Assembly (NCBI GenBank): GCA_964491875.1
Contig: CAZBIC010000004.1
Span: 132,878-196,877, forward strand
Reading direction: 5' to 3'
From: an uncultured Bifidobacterium sp.
GTDB taxonomy: Bacteria; Verrucomicrobiota; Verrucomicrobiia; Limisphaerales; JADJPG01
DNA length: 64,000 nt
Under the pieces are notes generated by a model, which had not been told where the DNA came from, ran no database searches, and saw only the letters and a program-made list of their open reading frames with translations. A program made the translations under genes and the position numbers. The first letter of the stretch is position 1; each line of letters opens with the position of its first letter. This document shows, in pieces, positions 1 to 13,200 of this stretch.

Positions 1-69
1 ACCATCGAAAAGAGTTACCCCGACGATTTGCTGTCATGCGTCAATAACCACGAACCAAAGAAAAACATC

Positions 70-489
70 ATGCACTGTAGAAATTGCTCCAAAGAAATCA
101 GCGACAAAGCCATCGCCTGCCCCGGCTGTGGCGTGCCGCCTCACACCGAAAACAAATTCTGCCACCACTGCGGGAAGACCACGACTGCCGCTCAGATCGT
201 TTGCACCGCTTGTGGGGTCGGCCTCTCGACTCCGAAGCATAAGAGCAAAGTCACAGCGGGCTTGCTGGGCCTGTTTCTTGGTGCCTTCGGTGCCCACAAG
301 TTCTACCTCGGCTACACCGGCACCGCCGTCGTCATGCTCTGTGCCGCCATCATCGGTGGCATCGTGACGTTCGGGATCGCCGCCGTCGTCTTTGGCCTTA
401 TTGGTTTGGTTGAGGGAATCATCTATCTCACGAAATCCGACCAGGATTTTGCCGCCACTTATCTACGGAGCCGCCGGACATGGTTCTGA
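70..489 (+). CDS. TM2-domain membrane protein with N-terminal double zinc ribbon
   Basis: ORF 28..489. Cys pairs CRNC/CPGC and CHHC/CTAC are followed by a glycine-rich TM2-like hairpin (GLLGLFLGAFGAHKFYLGY). ATG at 70 is preferred over TTG at 28. Confidence 0.75.
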   Translation: MHCRNCSKEISDKAIACPGCGVPPHTENKFCHHCGKTTTAAQIVCTACGVGLSTPKHKSKVTAGLLGLFLGAFGAHKFYLGYTGTAVVMLCAAIIGGIVTFGIAAVVFGLIGLVEGIIYLTKSDQDFAATYLRSRRTWF

Positions 490-529
490 ATCATCGCAGG
501 CGCAGCCCACTACTCAACGCACGGCCACG

Positions 530-730
530 TCATGAGATGTTCAATTGCCGCAAAAACCTTTGTGCATTTTGCAGGACGGTCTCCAGACGGTGGTATGCCC
601 GATGATGTCGGATGCTGGATGGTTTGTATTCTCTTTGGATGGGATCAACGAGGGCAAATCTCCGCGAGGATTCTGGGGAGATTGGGGCCTCTTCATGTCG
701 GCTCCTGCTTTCGAATCCAAGGGAAGGCAA
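530..730 (-). CDS. Possible second, divergent XRE-like small protein (may be a decayed paralogue)
   Basis: The 66-aa ORF ends ...YHRLETVLQNAQRFLRQL. This echoes HRLETVLRKLKV of the adjacent HTH gene and lies directly downstream on the same strand. Confidence 0.25.
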   Translation of the reverse strand: MPSLGFESRSRHEEAPISPESSRRFALVDPIQREYKPSSIRHHRAYHRLETVLQNAQRFLRQLNIS

Positions 731-773
731 GTAGTGCAGATAGGGAGCTCGCCAAAGACACGAAAGAAGGATT

Positions 774-986
774 TCAGTATTCGTCGGGGAAGACGTCGCT
801 GAGGCGGACCTTAAGCTTTCGCAAGACGGTTTCCAGGCGGTGCAGGGTCAGGTGATGTTCGCCGTGCTCGATGCGGTGCAGCGTCATGTGGGAGAGCCCC
901 GTCTTTTTTGCGAAGGCGGCATAGGACAGCGCGCCTCTTTTCTTTTTCAAAAAGCCCGCCAACTGCCTGTCCAGGTTCCGCCGCAT
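774..986 (-). CDS. XRE-family helix-turn-helix transcriptional regulator
   Basis: 70 aa with LSYAAFAKKTGLSHMTLHRIEHGEHHLTLHRLETVLRKLKV, a typical HTH_XRE layout. It is divergent from the RHS gene. Confidence 0.8.
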   Translation of the reverse strand: MRRNLDRQLAGFLKKKRGALSYAAFAKKTGLSHMTLHRIEHGEHHLTLHRLETVLRKLKVRLSDVFPDEY

Positions 987-1031
987 GGGCGCACCGTCGC
1001 AAATCGGCCGTAACGCATGTGTGATGCCGTG

Positions 1032-1043
1032 GCATAATTATGC
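1032..1043. promoter_or_regulatory. Perfect 12-bp palindrome GCATAATTATGC in the divergent intergenic region (candidate operator / -10-like element)
   Basis: Read directly from the sequence, between the XRE gene start (986) and the RHS gene start (1294). Confidence 0.3.
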
Positions 1044-1293
1044 TTTACAGATTGAAGGGGGGCCGGTAGGGAAATGGGTGTCGCCCGGGCAAAAGGTGCC
1101 GTTGAAGCCGGGCGGCGGGCCGTGGAATGAAATCAATCGTCAAGCGCATGAACGCTCGTCCCCTGGCGCGGAGCATCTTTGGCAAATGGAGCAATTAGCA
1201 TAGTGGCCTTATCGAGCGTCCCCGTGGTTTTTCCCGAAAGGTTTGCTTCCCGGCTGCGTAATAACAGATGGAACCCTTGAATCAACATCAACT

Positions 1294-4200
1294 ATGGAGA
1301 GCAACGTGTGGAAAGCCTGCGCCGGGGCGGCGCGGGCGGTGGTGGCATTGGCAGTTGTAACGAGCCATTGGACGGCGGCAGCGCAGGAGCGCACGGCACA
1401 GGAGGAGACAAAAGCAGAACCGCGCATCATCGAGCGCGGGCCGCATCACCGGGTGATTGAGCGAACGGTGACGGAAACGCTGCCCGACGGGAGGACGATT
1501 CAGCGCAAGTCTTCCTACACGGAACTCGCCCAAGGCATGCACTATCTCAAGGACGGACAATGGGTGGAAAGCAAGGAGGAGATCGAGATTTTCAATGGTG
1601 CCGCCGTTGCACGACAGGGACAGATTCAGGTGATCTTCGCTGCGAATCTCAATTCTCCGGGGGCGATTGATCTGCTGGCGACCGATGGACAGCGGTTTGT
1701 TTCGCATGTTCTGGGACTCATTTACACCGACTACGTCAGCGGACGGTCGGTGATGATCGCGGAGGTGAAGGATTCGATTGGAGCACTGACCGCACCGAAT
1801 CAAGTCACGTATCCCGACGCGTTCGAGGGGGATTGCGCGGCGGACGTGCGTTACACCTACACCAGGGCGGGGTTTGAACAGGACATCATCTTGAGAACGG
1901 CTCCGCCCTCTCCGGCGGAATGGGGTCTCGATCCGGAGACGACGAGGCTGGAGGTGTTCACTGAGTTCCTTGCCATTCCAGAAGCGCGGGCGACTTCGGT
2001 GACGCTCAAGCGGGAGGAAGATGAAATCGCACGGCAGTCCATGAAGGAGCCGGACTTAATCGATCAGCGGCTGGATTTCGGCGGGCTGCACATCGGACAG
2101 GGCCAGGCGTTCCCGCTCGGCACGACGCCGGACCCGTTCGATGAATCGTCGGTGCCCACGGGCAAATCGCTCGAAGTCATCGACGGCAGAACGATCCTCA
2201 TCGAGAAGGTGGATTATCCGGCCATCCGGGAACAGTTGGGACACCTGCCGAAATCGGCATCGCTCAAGAAGGATCGCAAGATCGGTCTGCCCGATCCGGG
2301 CCGCACGATGCAGGCGCGGCTGCTGCCTTCGCGACCAGCGGGCGAGCCGGGCAAGTGGACTCGAAAACTGCAAGCCAGTGTCACGGCACCACGCGCGGGG
2401 TATGTGCTGGATTATGTCGCCCACTCTACCAGCTCGTTGACGAACTACCATTTCAAATCGGACACCACCTACTTCATCACCAACAGCGCAACGGTCAATT
2501 TCTATGGAACCACCGTGATCGAAGGCGGAGCGGTGATCAAGACAGGAGCCGGTTCATACATCCATTTTAACGGGCCGGTGGACTGCCGGACGGACACCTA
2601 TCGCCCAGCCTTCGTCACGGCCAAGGACGATGACAGTGTGGGCGAAATCATCGTGGGTTCCACTGGCACTCCATCCGGCTATTACGGCTACCAGCCCATC
2701 GGATTGAAGGACACCTCGGCGGTTTACAACCTCCATGATCTACGTGTGAGGCATTGCACCTATGCCTTCACGATGTATAGCAACGTGCGGGCGGACTTCA
2801 GCAATATCCAGATCGGCAATTGCGGTCGCGCTGTGGCGTGGATGAACGGCGGGGCCACCACCTGGCGAAACTTCCTTTTCCATGATCTCGCCACTTACGC
2901 GTTCCAACGCAACGGCTCGGCCACCAACCGCGCCGAGCACGGCACGCTGCACCGGGTGGGCACGCTGATCAGCTCCACCAACAGCACCACCTTCCTGTAT
3001 CTCACCAACAGCCTCGTCATTGCCGTTACGAATGCGTCCGTGAACTTCCAAGGCGCAAACAACGTGGTCAGCGCCAGTGATTCGGGGTTCTTCCAGACCG
3101 TCGGCGCGGCCACGTATTATCTGGCCAGTGGCAGCACCAACCGGGACGCCGGCACCACAAACATCAACGTGGATTTGCTCAAGGCGCTCAAGACGCGCAC
3201 CACCCATCCACCAGTGGTGCTGACCAACCGAATTACCGCCAGCACGAATCTGGCGGTGCAGGCCGCCCGCGACACGAACACTCCTGACCTGGGCTATTCC
3301 TATGAACCGCTGGACTACGTCGCCTCGCAGATCAGTGTCAGCAACGCCACGGTGACGCTGGCCGAAGGCGTCGTGCTGGGTGTTTACGGCGCAAGCAGTG
3401 CCCACGGGCTGAGACTGGAAGATGGAGCGACGTTGAACGCCACCGGGAGTCCGCTGAACCTCTGCCATATTGTTCGCTATAATCTGGTGCAAGAACAGGC
3501 CAACACCAACTGGTCGGCGTCGAGCGTGGGGCGTTCCATCGTGGATGCGTCGTGGGGAGGCTCGCCGAGACCCGGCGGGCAGTTCCGGTTCACGCAATGG
3601 AGCGCGCCGGCCGGAGGCGGGGCACACTTCGCAGGCGACTACACCAGCGGGCCGGACAGCGCCTACTTCGGCTTCACGGACTGCCAGTTCCACGGCGGCT
3701 CCCTGAGCACCCTCGCCGCCAACATCGCCTTCACCAACTGCCTGTTCGACCGGGTGACCGTCACCGACTACTCGGCTTACAGCGATTATTACCACAGCAC
3801 CTTCTTTGGCGGTTCACTCGATCTGGACGGCAGTTTCGGCGGGCACTGCGCCATCAACAATCTGTTCGATCAGACGGCCATCACGGCCAATTACGTGACG
3901 AACGATTTCAACGCCTATGTCACCAACGCCACGCGGATTTCGCCTACCGGCTCGAATGACATCGTGCTCACCGTCACGAACATCAGCTACCACAGCGGGC
4001 TCCTTGGCCGTTTCTACCTGCCAACGAATGTGACCAGTCACAACCCGCTCTTTGATGCCGGCAGCACCAATGCCGCCGCTGTGGGTCTTTATCATCACAC
4101 GACCACGACCAATCAGGTGAAGGAGACGAACTCGGTAGTCGATTTCGGATTTCACTATGTGGCATTGAACGGCTCAAAAGTGTCCGTGGACACTGACGGT

Positions 4201-7200
4201 GATGGGCTCGCCGATTACATCGAGGACACCAACGGCAATGGAGCAACCGACGGCAGCGAGGCCAGCCACGCCAATCCGGTGCTGAATCTGGTCAGCACGA
4301 TGACCTATATCAAGCGTGGTCCGGCACGGCGTTTTGATACCAATGGCATAGCCTACGATTCAGACTCCGCCCATCTCGGCGGAGCCTCGCTTACAGTATC
4401 GATCACCAGCGGTGGTGAAAGCGGTGACCGGCTGGCTGTGCGCAACCGGGGCACCAACGCCGGGCAAATCAGCGTGAGCGGATCACTGATCAGCTATGGC
4501 GGAACAATCATCGCGACCAATTCCGGCGGCACCGGCACCACTCCGCTGGTCGTTTCGTTCAACGCCAACGCGGTAAACGCCTCGCTACAAGCGCTGGTGC
4601 GCAACCTGACCTTTCAGAATCTCTCGAACAACCCCGCCAGCTCGAACCGGACGGTGAAGTTTGAACTCAGCGATGGACGGGGCGGGACGAACTCGCTCAC
4701 CACGCAGGCCATCCACATCGTCTGCCCGGATGCCATTGACGTGATGGTGCTGTTCGATGTGTCGGTGTCGATGGTCGGTCTCTATACCAATGGAGTTCTG
4801 TCCGGTTACGACACGAACCGTTTCTGGATGGCCAAGGCGGCGGCGAGCAATTTTGTCGGAACGTTGGAGTTCCCCGGAGACCGGGCCGGACTCATCTCCT
4901 TTGCGGGCGGGGCACAGATCCGGGTGCCGTTGACCAACAACGGTCCTGCGGTTCAGGCCAGCATCTACAGCCAGACCAACCAGAACGGGACCATTCTCGA
5001 TCCAGCCATCCACCTGGCGCGGACGAATTTCACCGGCAGCGGCAGCAACACGCTGCGCGTCATGCTCATTCTCTCCGATGGAGAGGAGGCCCCGTATTCC
5101 AACCTGACCAACACCATTGCCGCCGCCCACGACGCCAGGGACGCGGACATCCGCATCATCAGCATCGCCTTCTACAGCGGATGGGATGTTTTCACGAATT
5201 CCAACGACGGCGGAACGAACCTGATGAAGGCCATCGCCTCGTCGGAACGGGATTTCTACCTGGCCCCCTCCTTCAACGACATGCAGTCGAACTTCAATGC
5301 GGTGGCCCACTCGCTCTGCCGTGGAAATGCCTTTCCAACGGTGGCCATCACTTCACCGACCAACACGGCCGGCTTCAATGCGCCCGCGAACATCCCCATC
5401 ACGGTGAGCGCATCCGATGATGGCAGCGTGACGAACGTGGCGGTGTTCATCGGCGCGACAAATTATGCAAACCTGACCGCGCCTCCTTACACGGTTACCT
5501 GGAGCAATGCCCTGGGCGGAAGCTACGCGCTGAAGGCGGTAGCCACTGATGACGGCGGGCAGTCCTCCACTTCATCGGTGGTCAACATCACCGTGAACAT
5601 GCAGTTGCCGGAGATCGCCATCGTTGATCCTGAAGATTCCTCGCACTATGCCGCTGCGGTCAGCCTGTTGATTCGAGCTGCTGCCGTGGATGTGGACGGA
5701 TATATCACCAACGTCATCTTCTACACCAACGGGGTGCATGCCATGCAGTTGACGAATCCGCCCTACCAAATGCCTTGGACCAACCTGCCTGCGGGCAGCA
5801 ATCAAGTCCACGCCAAGGCGTGGGACAACGATGGGCAGACCCGAACTTCCATCACCAACTTGTTCGTTGTCGATCCATGTTCGCAAGTCGGGATCACCAA
5901 CCTCACGCTGAGCACAAATTCCGTGACAGCCGGTTCGGGACTGACCGCCACAGTGACTTTGACGAACAATGCCCCGGCAGGAGGGCAGATGGTCGAATTG
6001 AGCGTGAACAGTCCGAACGTGTCGATTCCGGCGTCGGTGTTGGTGCCGGCGGGAACCAACAAAGTGACGTTTCTGATCGATACCTTCAACACGGCCTTCG
6101 GTGATTCCGCCGCGATCATCGCCCGGACCCCTGTCTCTGGCCGGACCAACACCCTGACCATTGCGGGTCTCGAATTCTCGTCCACACAGTATCGGGGCGT
6201 CTGTGGTCCGATGGATGTGGCGATCCTGATTGATTTTAGTTCGAGCATGGGAAACGCCATTGTGAACATCAAAAATCACCTCCAAGATTTTCTGGATAAC
6301 ATCGAGATTGCTTCCGCCGGGGACTATCGCCTGTCTCTGGTTACGTTCGACAGCAATATCTACGTCAAGGAACCGTTCGCTTTCACCAACCGTGTAAGCT
6401 TCTCCAACAGCCTTGAGCTGGTAAATGCGCATCCTGACGGCGGCTTTACCGAACCGTCGGATGAAGCGTTGAACATGGTCATCAACAACCTGACGACCAA
6501 CGGCAGACCTCGACAGTATCAAGCATTCACCAATGGCTTCAGACATGAAGCAAAGAAGATCATCGTCTTGATTACCGACGAGCCTCCAGCGGGGTTCTCG
6601 GGGGACTACGAGGTGGGAACCGACGACGTCAACGCGCATCGTCGCGCCGTGGAAGCCGCTTTGAAAGGAATCACCATCTCGGCGATCAGAACCTGGCAGA
6701 GTGACTATAATTTCCCGGTGGCTGAACCCATCATGCAGGATTATGCAGAAGTCACAGGAGGCATTTACGCCCTCGGCGAAAACGGAAGCGCCGACCTGCA
6801 TGAGCTGCTCGACGCCGTGATTGCCCGATGCGGCGCGGATGTGGGTGAAGTGGTGACAACGCGTGACGACGCACGGCAGCAGAGTTTCACCGGGATCAGC
6901 CTCGGGCAGGATAACGCCTCGGTGGCGGCCGTTGAATCCTCAACGTTCGATCTGACCGGAATCGAGAAATCCGTGACGGCGGCGCATCTGCGCCGTTCCG
7001 GCCAGCTTCGCCTCAACTATGGCAGCCGGTTCGATCTCAGCCTCGGGGTGGCGTCCGTTCTCGACTCTGACCTCCAGTCATATGCTCCGCCCACTCGTTC
7101 CGCCCACCTCACCGCCATCGGAGCCGGTTACACCACCAACTGGCACCTTCCGTTCAGCTTTTTCAGTGACATCAACGGATATGCCGGCGGGTTGTATCCA

Positions 7201-10200
7201 TTGGCGCTGGTGGACCGAGTCAGTTCGCTATGCGGAAACAACTTTGGCGTCACCGACATTCCGCAGCATGATTCGCCGACCGGGAAGAACACGCTCACCG
7301 TCAAGTCACTGGCGGCATTTGAAGTGGCACAGGGACGCTGCCGGGATTTTGTTCTGACGGGTTCTTCGGCTCCGTGCAGCGGTTGCGGAGCCTCGTGGGA
7401 GATTCTTCGTTATGACGAAGTGATCGCCAGCGAGTGTGCTCCCAATGGATGGAGCGTGGAATCGGACCACGGCATCTATGGCGGCGTGAATGTTTGCGCG
7501 CCGTTGGATGCGACGACCGGCAACCGCTATGAAGTGAGATTCCTTGATGGTGCCAGTCCGCGCTCCGGTTACTTCTCGGTCCTGCCTGCGGCGGCTCAGA
7601 ACACGGCTCCCGTGTTGAAGCCGGTCGAGTTGTCGCATCCGCTGTGCTCGACGAATACGGCAGTCATCGTGACGGTTTCGCTTGATGCGCCAGCCCAGGG
7701 GGATGGTGCCTATGTCGCCGTATCCTGCACCGGGATCACGAATGCGCGAATTCCGGCCTACATTCACATCGCACCGGGGGGGAGCAGTGCCTCGTTCACT
7801 TTCCGTCCAGCGTACGTGAGTTCCAACACGCCGTTCACCGTGACTGCCAACTACAACGGCGAACGCCGGACCACCGGCACGGTAATCATCGAAACAACTC
7901 CCGTCGATGTTCCGCAGAATGTAGTCGCGCAAAGTGATTCCCGAAGAATTGCCGTGTCATGGGACGCCGTACCGCAGGCGACCAGTTACAATGTGTGGAG
8001 GGGCATTGATTCGTTCACCACTAATGCGGTTCTCATCCAAGTCGGCACCATGCGCCCTTGCTTCGTGGATACCAATCCTTTCTCTGGTGGTAATTGTTAC
8101 TTCATCGAGGCAGTTAATCTCAACGGGACGGCTATGTCCGCCCAAACCAACCTCAGCTACTGCCAGACGTTCACGCCCACGGCGGTTCTTCGTCCGCACA
8201 TCACTCCGCACGGCGGACGTTTCAACGACTTCGCCTGGTTCACGGTGAGTTGTGAGACGACGAATGCCGAGCTCTGGTGCAGCACCAATGGTGTGCTGCC
8301 GGTGCGCTATGGGTCCGGCTCCTTTGAGGTGACCAACGGTGTGCCGTTTCAACTGACGGCAAGCTGGCAGGTCATCGCCCAGGCGTTTGTGGGAAGCAGC
8401 ACCAGCCTCGTGGACAAGGCTGACTTTCACATCGCGCAACCGACACCACTCGGCTGTGGCAGCAACATCACCTCCATGCTGGCCGTCACCAACCAGCCGT
8501 CGGTCTTCAAAGGCTCTGGCCACTACGGCGCACGCTACAGCTTCACGGGGCGGCGGGGTGACGTGGTGACCATTTCGGTTTCCTCCACCGAGTTCACCCC
8601 CGATCTCAACCTGACCGATCCGAACGGAGAACTCGTGCTGCAATCCGGCTACCCGGCGTCGCTGTTAAACAGCTTCTCGCCAAAACTGGTTCACACGCTC
8701 AAGACCAACGGCACCTATTACGTCGAAGTTACCTCCGTGTACCAGTTCGAGACCGGTGACTTCACTCTCGGCATTGATTGCGACCCAACCGCAGAACTGG
8801 ATGTGTTCTTCGGCACCACCAATGTCGTCAGCGGCACTGCGTATGACCTCGGACTGGTCAACACCGGGGCCACGGCGCAACTGACCTTCTGGCTCACGAA
8901 CTCCGGGTCCGCTCCGCTGACGTTCAGCAGCATCAGCCTCGCACCCGCCGGACGGTTCACGTTCAGCCCGACCAACCTCACCATCCTGGCAACCAACAGC
9001 GCCACCAATCTCGCGGTGACGTTCCACGCCACGAACACGGGGCCGGTGACCGGCACGCTCACGTTGGTGAACAACGACGATCCCGATGACACAGCGGCAG
9101 GTTATGAGTTTGAAGATCCATTCGTCATCACCTTCGAAGCGTTCGTGAATCCACCCGGCGGCAGGCCGATTGTTTATCCCGCCGGCCTTACCAATGGGCA
9201 GGTGCTCACCACGCCGCCCACGCTGGCGCTCAACGCCACGGCCATTTCCACCAACGGCTCCAGCATCACACAGGCGCAGTTCCGCGTGACCGGCCCGGTC
9301 AGTTTCATGACCAATGGCTCGCTCGTCAGTGGTGTCGCCACCAGCGGCACCTGGCGTGTCGACTGGGCGAATGCTCCGGGCGGGAGCTATTCGTTGAAAG
9401 TGCTGGCGATGGATGCCGGCGGACGTGCCGCGTTTTCCACCAACGTGAGCTTCATCGTCAACACCCCGCCGGTGGCCGGGGACGACGCGTTCGACTTGTC
9501 CATGAACGTGACCAACGAGCTGGGCGTGCTGGCCAATGATTCCGATCCCGACGGTCAGGCCATCATGGTCACCAATATTGTCACGCAAGGTGCCAAGGGC
9601 ACGGCCAGCGTGGCCGATGGCGTCATTTACTATGTTCCCACCAACAACGCGTACGGCCGCGACACGTTCCGTTACGCCATCGCGGATAGTTACGGCGCGC
9701 GGGCCACGGGCACGGTGGCCGTGCTCATCCGGCCCTCCGGCCAGTTCTTCACCACGCTCTACTTCAACACCACGCAGATCACCAATCCGCCCAGCCACAC
9801 GCTGCTGACCGGCCCGACGAATGTCATCGGCACGGCATCCAGTGATTTCCTGGACTATTGGGTGCTCGACTATCGCCGCCGCACTCCGGGTGTCTCGGCC
9901 TGGACCAAGATCGCCACCGCCACCACCAACGTGACCCTGGGCTATCTCGGCACCTTCGATCCCACCACGCTGCCCAACGGCCAGTATGACCTGCGCGTGA
10001 CGTTGACGGATTTCTTCGGCAATTCGCAGGACAGCCAGACGCTCGTGCTGGTGACCGAGAACCAGAAGATCGGCCAGTTCACGCTTGCCTTCACCGACCT
10101 GCAAATCCCGGTGTCCGGCCTGCCCATCACGCTCACCCGCACGTATGACAGCCGGAACACCGAGTCCGGCGACTTCGGCATCGGCTGGAGCCTTGATGTC

Positions 10201-13200
10201 AATTCCGTGCGCCTGGAGAAGAGCGGGCTCATGGGGGAGGACTGGGCGGCAACCATCGGCACTTCGTTCAACGGCTCTCAGGCGCAAATCGACGAAACGG
10301 TGACCCACCTGGTCACCGTCACGTTCCCCGGTGGCAAGGTCTACCGGTTCTATCCGGTGCTGAGCCTGAACGACAGCGACACCCCGAGGACAGGATCGGT
10401 GGGACTGGATGCCGCCTGGGCGAGTTTTACATACGCACCGGTGCCAGGAACTTCCGGCAAATTGCGCGAGATCAATCGCACTCGGTTCCTGGATGTCAGC
10501 TACCCTTACATCGACGCTCCGATCACGTTCCACGATTCGCGTGGCACTCCGAATGATGTCTCGGAAAATGATGATGCCGGCCCGATCTACGACCCGAAGG
10601 AATTCGAGTTCGAGACGCTTGACGGGCGTATCTTTCAATTCAACGCCGCCGGCAAGGTGGTGAAGATGTGGGATCGCGTGGGAAATTCCCTGACGTTCAA
10701 CTCGGACGGCGTCATCCATAGCAGCGGCAAGAGCGTGAAGTTCGTGCGCGACGCGGCCGGACGTATCACGGAGATTTACGATCCCAATGGGCTCGATACG
10801 AACGGGGTGCCCACCGGCCCGGCGGCCTTGCGCTACACCTATGATTCCGCAGGCAACCTGGTGGCGGCGCATCAACTGGCCCGGCGCGATACGGTGAAGT
10901 ATTTCACCACCGGCTTTGGCTACACGAACACCTGGTATCCGCACTACCTGACCGACATCGATGACCCGCGCGGCATCCGGGCGATACGAAACGAATACGG
11001 CGACGATGGCCGACTCAAATCCACCACCGACGCCAACGGGAAGACCATCCATTATGTGCATGACCTGGACGGAAAGACCGAAACCATCGTGGACCGCCTC
11101 GGTCACACCAACCTCTTCAAGTATGACGCAAAGGGCAACGTGACTGAATCGGTGAATGCTCTCAACCACACCAACCGGTTCACTTTCGACGCGAACGGGA
11201 ATCAGCTCACGCATACCGATCCGCTCGGAAACACCACGACGAATGTCTTCGATGCGAACGACAATCTCCTGTCCGTCACGCTGCCGCACAAGCCGGGCGA
11301 AAACCCGGCGGCGTTCACCACCCGCTTCACTTACGATGATCACGGCAACCAGACGAGCATCACGCTGCCCACCGGCGCGGTCATCAGCAACACCGTGGAT
11401 GCGGCTACCGGCGATCTGCTTGCCGTGCGCGCGGGAACGAACTTGATCACCAGCTTCGCTTACGATTTGAACGGCAACGTGACGGCGGAGGGAGACAAGT
11501 TCGGCACGAACGGCTTTGCCTATGACGCCTTCGGCAACGCCACGCACATGACCAACACGCTCGGCCAGGTGATCGAGAGCGGTTACGATCTCAACGGCAA
11601 CCTGACGAATCTTGTCGATGGCGGCGTGACCTCGCGCTTTGATTACGACGGCATGAACCGGGAGGCGTTCTCGGATTACGGCAATGGCATCACGCTCAGC
11701 AACAGCTTCGAGTCGCACCTGGACTGGACGAGCGTGGACGCGCCGACCATTGGCCACATGGAACGGCGGTTTGATGACCAAGGCCGGCTCGCGGGCTGGA
11801 AGACGGTGAACGGCGCAACGCCGGGCTTCGCGTATAACGACAACGGCCAGCTTGAGTATGAGACCAATTCCATCGGCCAGGTGACGCGGCATTTTTACGA
11901 TGCCGCCGGACGGCAGACGGTGGTGCAGAATTTGACCACGGGCGCGACCAGCGGCAGCGGTTTCGACGCGGCGGGCCGGCGCATTGCGGAGACCAACGCG
12001 CTCGGCGGCTTTACGCTCTACACCTACAATCCGGACGGAAGCCTCGCCGCGATGACGAACGCGTTCCTGACCAACGGCTGGGTTTATTCTTACGAAACGG
12101 GTGGCGGTTGCTGCGGTGGCAGCGGCGCCACGGCCACGGTGAAAGATCCGCTCGCACGCGAGATCACGAGCGTCGCTTCATCCTACGGACTGCCGCTGCA
12201 AACCATCCGCCGCGCGAGCGCGGGAGCCACGGGCGCGAATGCGGCCACCAACTCCATCACCTACTTCTCGGGCATGGTCAGCCCGGAACAGGAGGCGGAG
12301 GATTATCCCACCGCGATCACCGATGAAGGCGGGCGCACGCGCAACCTCGAATACAATCCCAGCGGTCAGTTGCGCCGCGCCAGCGACCTGAGCGGATCGG
12401 CCTGGTGGACGAACTGGTTCGGCGGGCCGAACAACCAGATCAGCCGCATGGACAGCCCGACCCGCGAATTGACGAGCTACTATTACGACGCGCTGGAAAA
12501 CGTCAGCGCCATCAAGTTCCCGGACAACAACTCGCTGACGAATCATTATGACTCGGCGAACCGCCTCAACGGCGTGCGCCTGCCCAGCGGCACGTTGCTG
12601 ACGAACGTCTTCGACTCCGCCGGACGGCTGACGAACCGGCAGGCGCGCGTGAATGGAACCGTGACGGAGAGCGTGGGCTTGAACTACAATGCCAACGACG
12701 CTGTGACCATCATGACGGACAACACCGGTGCCACCACGAACGTCTTCGATGCCGCCGGGCGGCTTATCGGGATCGATTATCCCACCGGGGCAAGCGTGCG
12801 CTACGGGCACGACCTGTTGGGCCGCGTGACTTCCATCACGAACAAGGCATCGGGCGGCGGGTCGGCGTATGTGACGCGCTATGTGCATGACGCGTTGAGC
12901 CAGGTCACGCAGGTCATCGACCACTGGAATCGCACGAATCGTTTCGAGTATGATTCCGTAGGTCGGCGGTTCAAACGCACGCTGGCCAATGGCGTCGTCA
13001 GCGAGTGGAAATACAACTGGAAGGATCAGGTGACGAACCTCACGCACAAGACAAGCGGCGGCACCACGTTGGCCAGCATGGCGTATGAGCGTCTTGCCGG
13101 TGGTGAACCGTCGAAGATCACCCGCGAAGATGGCAGCTACGTGGAGTTGAAGTATGATTCTGCCCTGCGCCTGACCAATGAGGTTTATTTCACGAACAGT

